Part shown: in pieces, positions 1-8,454 of the stretch
Layout: each line of letters begins with the position of its first letter
Position numbering within the stretch: the first letter of the stretch is position 1
Source of the DNA: Chlamydiae bacterium RIFCSPHIGHO2_12_FULL_49_11
Lineage (GTDB): Bacteria; Chlamydiota; Chlamydiia; Chlamydiales; 2-12-FULL-49-11
Reading direction: 5' to 3'
Length of the DNA: 15,452 nucleotides
Assembly (NCBI GenBank): GCA_001794905.1
Contig: MGLW01000033.1
Coordinates: 13,539-28,990, forward strand
Notes under the pieces: model-generated
Databases searched by the model: none
Seen by the model: only the letters and a program-made list of their open reading frames with translations
What the model was told of the DNA's origin: nothing
Made by a program: the position numbers and the translations under genes

Positions 1-141
1 GTGCGCTACAGCCGCGGCCAAGATGTGAGCGGTGGATGCGGCCAGCTGGCAGCCAAGAGGGAAGGAGAGTTCGATATGGATCCGCGGAAATTGCACCAAT
101 TGCGGCGACGCGATATTAACGGTATACAGGGGAAGCGATGA
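1..141 (+). CDS. rlmN: 3' end of dual-specificity RNA methyltransferase RlmN (radical SAM), partial
   Basis: Frame +1 reads VRYSRGQDVSGGCGQLAAK... to TGA at 139-141, matching the RlmN C-terminal motif R-x-x-RG-x-D-[IV]-x-[AG]-[AG]-CGQL with the methyl-accepting Cys. Not in the ORF track because the start is outside the window. Confidence 0.85.
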   Translation: MRYSRGQDVSGGCGQLAAKREGEFDMDPRKLHQLRRRDINGIQGKR

Positions 142-649
142 TCGAAAGAAAATAAAGGTTACACTCTGCTTTTTCGCGATCCAAAAGTTCAGGGTTGGCA
201 ACACATTCTTCGTCGATATTGTGTCTGATAAAAAATAGGCCGAGATTGTCTAGGACCTCTTCTTCTTGGGGAGAAAGTTCCGTTTTAGAGAGAAATTGCC
301 GGTGTATATGCCAAAGGATAGAACGCGTAACGTATGTCTCGTAAAAAAGGTGCTGCTCCTGCGCTGCAAGATATTTGCTTTGAAGGTGATAGACTCCTTC
401 CATGGTGCAATCTTCAGGCTGAGGGTCTATGGCTTTGAAAAGTGGTTCGATTTGCTTCACCATGCGCGCTCCTTTTGCACTTTCTCCCACGAACTCTTGG
501 CGGTAGCGGTAATAAGCAAAAATTTTACAAATTTTATGCAAACAACAGCTTTTTTCATCCCCTGCAGCCTTACAAAAATATGACAAACGGCGGTCGAGCT
601 CATTTAGAGATAAGGATTCGTACTGATCAAGTTTACAAGTCGTATGCAT
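116..649 (-). CDS. Hypothetical protein (177 aa, 8 Cys), last gene of the ABC/MFS operon
   Basis: Part of ORF 116..784. Start moved to ATG 649 (MHTTCKL...), 11 nt after the MFS stop and with GGGAGAG upstream, which avoids overlap with the MFS gene. No family recognised. Confidence 0.6.
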   Translation of the reverse strand: MHTTCKLDQYESLSLNELDRRLSYFCKAAGDEKSCCLHKICKIFAYYRYRQEFVGESAKGARMVKQIEPLFKAIDPQPEDCTMEGVYHLQSKYLAAQEQHLFYETYVTRSILWHIHRQFLSKTELSPQEEEVLDNLGLFFIRHNIDEECVANPELLDREKAECNLYFLSIIASPVYR

Positions 650-660
650 GGGGAAGCATT

Positions 661-1863
661 CTACTCTCCCACCCTCTTTTTTCGCAAGGCAATAAAAAAG
701 TAGACCATCGCGAGAGCGTTCATGAGGGCGACGATCACGAAGACGGTCTTGATCGAAGCTCCTGAGGGTGTACTCAAGAGCCATAGAAGGAGCGGGGCTA
801 GTAAGGCAAAGAAAAAACTGAACTGGTTAGCGGTGCCGAAGTTACGGCCGCGGGAAGTTTCGGGACTTTTTTGCTGCAAGAAAGTTTGGGCAGGGACAAG
901 GAAAATCCCCCCTGCAATTCCGGTCATCATGAGGAGGACGGCAAAAAGAAAAATGTTTGCAGCAAAGCCGATGCAAAGAAAAAAGAGAGAAATGGCCGAT
1001 CCCATGAGGGGAATGAGAAGCAGCGTATTTTTCATTTTTGCAAAGAGGGGGATACTGTAGGAACCAATGCCGATCCCCACGGCGGAGAGGAGAAAAAGGT
1101 ATCCGCCGGCCATCGGGGTCAAGTGGAGTACCCCGATGGTAAAATCGATCACGCCGAGCTGCAGAAAAGATCCGAGGAAGAGAAAGTAGGCGTAGGCTAG
1201 AAAAGTGGCAAAGAGGCAAGGCACCTTCCGCATTTCTGCAAGGGAAGTTCCTATTTCACGAAAAACGAAAACAGAAAGGCGGCGCTCGGGAGAACGGGGA
1301 GCTGTTTTGGGCAAGGCGTGGCTGAACGCGATTTGGAAGCAAACGAGGAAAACGGGAACAAAAGAGGCGAGGAAAAAATGGTTTTTCAAAAATTCCAGCG
1401 ACAGCGAGACGAGTCCCGTCCCCAGGATGATGCCGAAAAAGGTGTAGGCGGCGATGAGGCTGTTGGCAGTCAAGATTTGCGAAATCGGATGGATTTCGGC
1501 AATGATGCTGTACTTTGTGGGGCCGAAGAGGGCACTGACGGTGGCAACGAGGAAAATCAGAGTGAGCAATATCGATGTCCGGTCATAGAAAAGGGAAAAT
1601 GAGACGGCCAGGAGGAGGAAAAGTTCGGCGTAACGCGTGAAGAGGATGACACGGCTCTTGCTGAACTTATCGGCAAGGATTCCCCCCACATTTGAGAAGA
1701 GCAAAAAAGGAACCAGAAAGAGACCGGAAGTTTTTGTTAGGATGGCACCCGGGTTTTGATTTGCGTGGAGGGTAATAAGAAAAAATGCGATCAATGTTTT
1801 GGTATAATTTTCATTGATTGCATCGAAAAACTGGATGAGGTTGAGTTTGAAAAGGGGCTTCAT
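661..1863 (-). CDS. MFS transporter, LplT/Aas-N-terminal (lysophospholipid transporter)-like
   Basis: 400 aa, roughly 12 hydrophobic segments. MFS motif A-like GGILADKFSKSRV; N-terminal QFFDAINEN and SALFGPTKYSII resemble the LplT-like MFS domain of Aas-type proteins. Confidence 0.8.
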   Translation of the reverse strand: MKPLFKLNLIQFFDAINENYTKTLIAFFLITLHANQNPGAILTKTSGLFLVPFLLFSNVGGILADKFSKSRVILFTRYAELFLLLAVSFSLFYDRTSILLTLIFLVATVSALFGPTKYSIIAEIHPISQILTANSLIAAYTFFGIILGTGLVSLSLEFLKNHFFLASFVPVFLVCFQIAFSHALPKTAPRSPERRLSVFVFREIGTSLAEMRKVPCLFATFLAYAYFLFLGSFLQLGVIDFTIGVLHLTPMAGGYLFLLSAVGIGIGSYSIPLFAKMKNTLLLIPLMGSAISLFFLCIGFAANIFLFAVLLMMTGIAGGIFLVPAQTFLQQKSPETSRGRNFGTANQFSFFFALLAPLLLWLLSTPSGASIKTVFVIVALMNALAMVYFFIALRKKRVGE

Positions 1864-1890
1864 TTCCTTTCCTATACAAGGAACAAAGAA

Positions 1891-2640
1891 TTAAGAGGTG
1901 GTTTTTTGTACGACACGGGTTGCCCAGGTGACGACAATCACGGCAAGAAGGAGGGTAACGGCATAAGCTTCAGCTACGGCCATATTTGCAATTTCGCCTT
2001 GTACGAGCCGGCGCGCCGCTTCGACGATGTAGTAGACCGGATTGAAATGGGCGACCGTGCGGAGCCAGGCCGGTCCGAGCGAAAGGGGGAGGAGCATGCC
2101 GGAGAGGAGGAGAATCGGCATGTTGATCCCTTGTACTATGGGGGCGAGCTTGTCTTCGCTTTTTACGACAAGGCCGATTGCGTTTCCGAAGGAGGAGGTG
2201 ATAGTGACAAGAAGGATGAGGAGCGGATATAGGAGCAGGATGCCGCGAATATCAGGGCTGAAACCGAACGGGAGTGCAATCAGAATGAAAAAAGTGACTT
2301 GGATGACGGTGGCAATCGTGTCGCGCAGCACCGGGCCCATGAGGATCGCAAACCGTGAAGCGGGGGTGACGCGGAACCGTTCGATGATGCCGCTTCTCAG
2401 CTCGTCGATGATGCCGAAACCGGCGAAGAGGCCGTTGAAAAAGGCGATGAGGACAAGCATACCGGGAACAAAGGTGTTGAGTACATTCGCATCGCCGACA
2501 TGCATGCCTTTGAGGAGGGGGGAGAAAAACGCGAGATAAAGGATCGGAACCACGATACCCATAGCAAGAAAGATAGGATTGCGCCTTGTTTCCCGGAGTT
2601 TGCGCATGGTGAAAAGACCTATTTCCTGCAGCATTTTCAT
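1891..2640 (-). CDS. ABC-2 type exporter permease (DrrB-like)
   Basis: 249 aa, about 6 TM segments, with ELRSGIIERFRVTP, LLSGMLLPL and FNPVYY motifs typical of ABC-2 permeases. ATGA overlap with the ATPase gene. Confidence 0.9.
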   Translation of the reverse strand: MKMLQEIGLFTMRKLRETRRNPIFLAMGIVVPILYLAFFSPLLKGMHVGDANVLNTFVPGMLVLIAFFNGLFAGFGIIDELRSGIIERFRVTPASRFAILMGPVLRDTIATVIQVTFFILIALPFGFSPDIRGILLLYPLLILLVTITSSFGNAIGLVVKSEDKLAPIVQGINMPILLLSGMLLPLSLGPAWLRTVAHFNPVYYIVEAARRLVQGEIANMAVAEAYAVTLLLAVIVVTWATRVVQKTTS

Positions 2641-3602
2641 GAAATAAACTCTCCTTCTCGAAGGGATTTGCCCGTCTTTTTCAAGAAAACGTCATTGAGG
2701 GTAGGGGTAGTAAGGGTGATTGTTTTCAAGGTGATCTGTTCCGTATCCAAAAGACGAAGGAGCTGAGGAAGCGCTTCTTCTCCGTTATCGACGAAAAGCT
2801 GCACCTCTTTGGCCGCTTCCGCAATTTCCCGTACGAAAGGACGCAATTTCAAGAGGGCGAGCGTGCGGGCAACGGTTTCAGGATGAATTCCCATTGTGAT
2901 CACGTCGCCGGCGATTTCTTTTTTGAGCTCTTTCGGCGTGCCGGCGGCGATAATTTTGCCCAGATCCATGATTGCCAGGCGGTCGGAGAGGTAATCTACC
3001 TCATCGAGATAGTGGGATGTGAGGAAAACCGCTACACCAAACCGTTTTAATTCTTTGATCAGCTGCCACAGATTGGACCGGTTTTGCGGATCGAGCCCGG
3101 CCGACGGTTCATCGAGAAATAGGACTTTCGGCCTGTGAAGGAGACCCAGGGCGATGTCGAGTCGCCTTTTTTGACCTCCCGAATAAGTGGATACGAACCT
3201 GTCGATGCAATCTTCGAGCGCGAGCGTTTCAATCAACTCTGCGCTGCGGCTTTTCGCCTCAAGACGGCCGAGTCCTGTCAGCCGCGCCTGTAAAATCAGA
3301 TTTTCCCGTCCCGTCGCCGATCTGTCACTACCGCCCGACTGGCTGACAAACCCGATTTGGGTACGCACCGCTGCCGATTCGGTTTGGACGTTATAGCCGG
3401 CAATGAAAGCCTCACCGGCATCGATGGGAAGGAGGGTTGTGAACATCCGCAACGTGGTCGTCTTCCCGGCACCGTTGGGTCCGAGAAATCCAAAAATCTC
3501 CCCTTCCTCGACATGCAGGTCAATTCCGCACACGGCCTCATGAAAACCACCACGAATACTGAACCTTTTTTTCAATCCTCTAACGGAAACGACTTGTTTC
3601 AT
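2637..3602 (-). CDS. ABC exporter ATP-binding subunit (DrrA-like)
   Basis: Walker A GPNGAGKT, signature YSGGQ, Walker B LFLDEP, H-loop TSHY, C-terminal PTLNDVFLKKTG. Confidence 0.93.
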   Translation of the reverse strand: MKQVVSVRGLKKRFSIRGGFHEAVCGIDLHVEEGEIFGFLGPNGAGKTTTLRMFTTLLPIDAGEAFIAGYNVQTESAAVRTQIGFVSQSGGSDRSATGRENLILQARLTGLGRLEAKSRSAELIETLALEDCIDRFVSTYSGGQKRRLDIALGLLHRPKVLFLDEPSAGLDPQNRSNLWQLIKELKRFGVAVFLTSHYLDEVDYLSDRLAIMDLGKIIAAGTPKELKKEIAGDVITMGIHPETVARTLALLKLRPFVREIAEAAKEVQLFVDNGEEALPQLLRLLDTEQITLKTITLTTPTLNDVFLKKTGKSLREGEFIS

Positions 3603-3612
3603 AATAGGAAAA

Positions 3613-3641
3613 AGTTTACCTTTTTATTAGAGTTTTGTCAA
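3613..3641 (-). promoter_or_regulatory. sigma70/sigma66-type promoter of the ABC/MFS operon
   Basis: Minus strand TTGACA (3641-3636), 17 nt, TAAACT (3618-3613), then 10 nt to ATG 3602. Confidence 0.7.
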
Positions 3642-3704
3642 ATGATATATGTATTTTGGACAGCGGCCCATGAAGAAGAGGTAATACGGATTGTTATTGA
3701 AAGG

Positions 3705-3733
3705 TTGCAAAACAAACTTAAAATATTTACCAT
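3705..3733 (+). promoter_or_regulatory. sigma70/sigma66-type promoter of the MORN-repeat gene
   Basis: TTGCAA (3705-3710), 17 nt, TACCAT (3728-3733); SD AAGGAG before ATG 3761. Confidence 0.6.
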
Positions 3734-3760
3734 GTTTTTAAAATGTGCAAGGAGTATTTT

Positions 3761-4411
3761 ATGGAGAGAGTTTCTGAGACGACACCTTTAGTGGGAACAA
3801 GCGATTTGCATGGCGCGGCTCAACCACAGAGAGAAGAATTTGAGGCAAGAGTTCGCCAGGCTGTTTTAAGTGCATTCGAACTTGTACAGCAAGCATCACA
3901 AAGTCAAATCGCAACGATCCGATTTGAGAATGGGGGTATCTATACCGGCGGCACGTCGGAAGGCGTTCCTCATGGTTCGGGAGAGCTGATTTGTCAAAAT
4001 GGTCGAAGGGTGAAAGGTTCTTGGAATCATGGTAAGATGGAAGGCCATTGCATCGATCTTATGACGGGTGGTGCCTCATTCAAGGGATTCTATTATCAGG
4101 GTCTCCGACATGGGCAGGGCGTACTACGAAATGAGCAGGGACGGGTTTGGGAAGGCACTTGGAAAAACGGAAAGATGGACGGGATATTTAAGATAATTGA
4201 TGGCGCAAAGACGTATTTCGGTCTAGTCAATGAGAAGGGATTACCCCAAGGACAAGGGAAATTAACTGAAGATGAAGATTGGTGGGAAGGCGAATTTAAT
4301 AATGGAGCGATATGGAATGGTCGTTATTTTCTCAGGTTTCGTAGTGGCCAGGGCGAGATAGGAAGATTCATCGATGGGAGAAAATCGCCTGATTGTTGCA
4401 CTCTACTTTAG
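3761..4411 (+). CDS. MORN-repeat protein with C-terminal CaaX-like motif (216 aa)
   Basis: About 6-7 repeats of roughly 23 aa of the type [YFW]-x-G-x-[WF]-x-x-G-x-x-x-G-x-G (e.g. FKGFYYQGLRHGQG, WEGTWKNGKMDG). Start placed at ATG 3761 after AAGGAG. Ends ...SPDCCTLL*. Confidence 0.88.
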   Translation: MERVSETTPLVGTSDLHGAAQPQREEFEARVRQAVLSAFELVQQASQSQIATIRFENGGIYTGGTSEGVPHGSGELICQNGRRVKGSWNHGKMEGHCIDLMTGGASFKGFYYQGLRHGQGVLRNEQGRVWEGTWKNGKMDGIFKIIDGAKTYFGLVNEKGLPQGQGKLTEDEDWWEGEFNNGAIWNGRYFLRFRSGQGEIGRFIDGRKSPDCCTLL

Positions 4412-4415
4412 CACA

Positions 4416-4628
4416 TCATTTTTTAGGTTGGGTATGAATTACCCAGTGGCCTTCGGTATTTTTCATGTATTTCTTTTTTACTGCAGCCCATGCTACACGC
4501 ATGGCAGTGCTTTCTGAGCCGTATTCGGAATAGGCGGAGTTGAAGGCAGCCTTAAAAATTTCTTGTGCGTGCTCAGGGAGCACATGTCGGACAGGTTCCG
4601 GAAGGTCATGAATGGTAGAGTAAGGCAT
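4416..4628 (-). CDS. chaB: ChaB family protein
   Basis: MPYSTIHDLPEPVRHVLPEHAQEIFKAAFNSAY...AMRVAWAAVKKKY...W is the characteristic ChaB pattern. Confidence 0.92.
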   Translation of the reverse strand: MPYSTIHDLPEPVRHVLPEHAQEIFKAAFNSAYSEYGSESTAMRVAWAAVKKKYMKNTEGHWVIHTQPKK

Positions 4629-5604
4629 TTTGTTTTTTCACCATAATTTCTGTGGTTACTTTTTCAAGCTGTGCAGCATGTTTCGGATGAGTCGCAATCA
4701 TGTTATACAACTTGGAATATGCGATATCTAAGGCTCCCGAGGGTTTGAGTGATGAACATAGGTCCTGCAGTTTTTCCAGAAGGAAGGATTTCATCCGGTC
4801 GATAGCATCATGCTCTTTATAATCTCGTGTCTGGAATAAAAGATTGGCCATTCGAAAAAAGCTCTGGGAAGTTGTGGAGTAAATCGCTTCGAGATTTTTG
4901 ACGAGGTTAGTGAGGATTTCTTCGAGGATTTTTTTCGCAGTCCCTGAGCGTGTGGGAATAAGATTTCCGAAACAACAAATGATTTCCACAGCGGGAGCCA
5001 ATTTTAAGTCGGTCGGGTTTTGTTCGATGCTCTGTTGAATGGCTTCCAGAATAGCGATGCGAATTCGGTGATGCGAATCATTTTCGGCAGGGGAGGTGGG
5101 AATTTCTCCATTACAGGGGGCTTTCACCATCAAAGCAGTATTATACAGGGTGACGAGGTTGAGGGTGCATCGGCGAGAAATGGAAAAGAGCGCATTCAAA
5201 GCCTCTACGTTACCGCCCTGCACCGCTACAATAGCGGGCGTTTCTCCATAGGTATTGAAAAAACAGTCTGCCCTGTCTTTGACATACGGTTTTAAAAAAT
5301 CGATCGCACAATGTAGGTTGTAGAGAGCAGCGTAATGAAATACGGTATTGTAATCGGAATCCAAATAAGAAAGGGCGGCAGGTACGAAATGAGAATTTTC
5401 TTCGAAAACAAGCGAAAGAAACGCATCATCGTTTGTCAAAATAAGGGTGATCAGGAATTCGGAAATGAGGTAGGGTCTTTTCTTAAATACGGTGTTTAAT
5501 GTTATCGCGTCTTTCCTCTGTATGGCAGTACGGATAGTGTCCTCAAGAGCTTCCTTCGGCATGATAGGCCGAAATTGATGGGCGCGTGTGATGACAGGTT
5601 GCAT
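4606..5604 (-). CDS. Ankyrin-repeat protein with unknown helical C-terminal region
   Basis: Two recognisable ankyrin repeats (DSDYNTVFHYAALYNLHCAIDFL; NTYGETPAIVAVQGGNVEALNALF). ATG lies 1 nt after the upstream stop, with AAGGAA as SD. Confidence 0.75.
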   Translation of the reverse strand: MQPVITRAHQFRPIMPKEALEDTIRTAIQRKDAITLNTVFKKRPYLISEFLITLILTNDDAFLSLVFEENSHFVPAALSYLDSDYNTVFHYAALYNLHCAIDFLKPYVKDRADCFFNTYGETPAIVAVQGGNVEALNALFSISRRCTLNLVTLYNTALMVKAPCNGEIPTSPAENDSHHRIRIAILEAIQQSIEQNPTDLKLAPAVEIICCFGNLIPTRSGTAKKILEEILTNLVKNLEAIYSTTSQSFFRMANLLFQTRDYKEHDAIDRMKSFLLEKLQDLCSSLKPSGALDIAYSKLYNMIATHPKHAAQLEKVTTEIMVKKQNALLYHS

Positions 5605-5605
5605 A

Positions 5606-6286
5606 TTATTCCTTATTTTTAAACGGAATGACCGTATCTACCGAATGGGAGAAACTGTTAAAAACACTTTCGCCCCAATCCATCGGGATATCGATCAGGT
5701 TTCTATAATTGAAAATGAGTTTATATAAGATAGCGCGGCTGATTTGATTGGGCAGATCACCGCCCGCCGTTTGAACATCAGTAAACTTCAGTTCATCTAT
5801 CGGGTGGCCGATCGGTTTTTTGCCGGGGGTGATGATGAAGAGATTGATTTTACGAATGATGAGTTCATCAATCAATGTTTGGCTATCGGTTTTCTTATTG
5901 GTTTTGGATGCGGCGTCGATTTTTTCTCCGAGCAATTTCCAGTTAGAGGAACCGTCTTCGTAAGTTTCCATGAACATCGTTACATTTTCAATGAGGAGCT
6001 GTTTGATTTTAGTCGGATTCTTCACGTAATTGACAACAGGAGCTTCAGAGAGGGTATGATCAATCCGGATTGCGTAGGGAGATTCACTTTTTTGCGGGTT
6101 GGGAACGATGATATTTGCAATCGTGATTTCGCTCGAGTTGAACTGCACCTTTTCCATGGCAATAGGAATGCCGAGCTGTCCTTTCAACAGATGGGAAAGG
6201 AGAAATGCTCCATTGAAGTAGACGAACAGGAAGAACATGAAAAAGAGCATGACTGCCGAGATAATGAACCAAGACAAAAAACGCAA
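5606..6286 (-). CDS. Membrane-anchored AsmA/DUF748-like protein
   Basis: N-terminal TM helix followed by beta-strand-rich segments (ITIANIIVPNP, IKQLLIENV, DGSSNWKLL, LIDELIIRKINL) resembling the AsmA N-terminal region. TTG start preceded by GAGG. Confidence 0.6.
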   Translation of the reverse strand: MRFLSWFIISAVMLFFMFFLFVYFNGAFLLSHLLKGQLGIPIAMEKVQFNSSEITIANIIVPNPQKSESPYAIRIDHTLSEAPVVNYVKNPTKIKQLLIENVTMFMETYEDGSSNWKLLGEKIDAASKTNKKTDSQTLIDELIIRKINLFIITPGKKPIGHPIDELKFTDVQTAGGDLPNQISRAILYKLIFNYRNLIDIPMDWGESVFNSFSHSVDTVIPFKNKE

Positions 6287-6296
6287 AAGAACCTCG

Positions 6297-6329
6297 GAAA
6301 AAGAGAGCTACCCCGGTATGGGGTAGCTC
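6297..6329 (-). terminator. Rho-independent terminator of groESL
   Basis: Perfect 10-bp stem GAGCTACCCC (6305-6314)/GGGGTAGCTC (6320-6329), 5-nt loop, followed on the minus strand by TCTTTTT; 10 nt after the groEL stop. Confidence 0.88.
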
Positions 6330-6339
6330 AAGCGTCGTT

Positions 6340-7974
<1,635 letters not shown>

Positions 7975-8001
7975 TTATAGCTCCTTGTGGTATGTATTAA
8001 T

Positions 8002-8307
8002 TTATTCTTCAATGACAGCGATGATATCATCTGCTTTTACGATAACGAATTCTTCTTCTTCGAGAGAAATTTCGTTGCCGGCATATTTATCCCAGAGGAT
8101 TGTTTCGCCTTCTTTCACATGAAGGGGAACCCGTTTTCCGTCTTTGTCCTCTTTTCCGGGACCGACAGAAACCACAACTCCCATATCCTGTTTTTTTTGA
8201 GCAGTGTCGGGGAGGATGATTCCGCCGAATTTTTTTTCTTCACTTTCGATTCTTTTGACAAGAACTCGATCCTTGAGAGGACGAATCTTTGTTTTAGTTG
8301 TAGTCAT
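8002..8307 (-). CDS. groES: Co-chaperonin GroES (101 aa)
   Basis: IRPLKDRVLVKR, mobile loop GGIILPDTA, VVSVGPG. Start moved to ATG 8307 after AAGGAG. Confidence 0.98.
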   Translation of the reverse strand: MTTTKTKIRPLKDRVLVKRIESEEKKFGGIILPDTAQKKQDMGVVVSVGPGKEDKDGKRVPLHVKEGETILWDKYAGNEISLEEEEFVIVKADDIIAVIEE

Positions 8308-8350
8308 TGATCTACTCCTTGTGGTTTTAACAATATGTTTTTCTGAGGAA

Positions 8351-8379
8351 AGGTTACCATTTTGCGAATAAAAATGCAA
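8351..8379 (-). promoter_or_regulatory. groESL promoter
   Basis: Minus strand TTGCAT (8379-8374), 17 nt, TAACCT (8356-8351), with TG extended -10. Confidence 0.7.
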
Positions 8380-8387
8380 CTTCAATT

Positions 8388-8414
8388 TTAGCACCTCTTT
8401 TTTTTAAGTGCTAA
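8388..8414. promoter_or_regulatory. CIRCE operator (HrcA binding site)
   Basis: TTAGCACCT-N9-AAGTGCTAA versus consensus TTAGCACTC-N9-GAGTGCTAA, with exact 9-nt spacer. The inverted repeat extends to ATTTTAGCAC/GTGCTAAAAT (8385-8417) and lies upstream of groES. Confidence 0.92.
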
Positions 8415-8454
8415 AATCACCCTCTTTTGTTATTTTCTTGAGAAAGGAGAATTT

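Noticed and set aside
82-105. Imperfect hairpin CCGC..AATTG-CAC-CAATT-GCGG near the rlmN/orphan junction
   Set aside because: Bulged, short stem with no U-tract on either strand; insufficient for a terminator call.
650-784. N-terminal 45 codons of ORF 116..784
   Set aside because: They overlap the MFS gene in another frame; ATG 649 is the more plausible start.
4408-4414. TTAGCAC CIRCE half-site at the MORN stop codon
   Set aside because: No second arm at 9-nt spacing, and it lies at gene 3' ends.
3603-5604. Mobile element or prophage origin for the MORN-chaB-ankyrin patch
   Set aside because: No integrase, transposase, terminal repeats or target duplication seen.
8308-8394. 29-aa N-terminal extension of GroES in the ORF track
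   Set aside because: It runs through the promoter and CIRCE; the SD supports ATG 8307.
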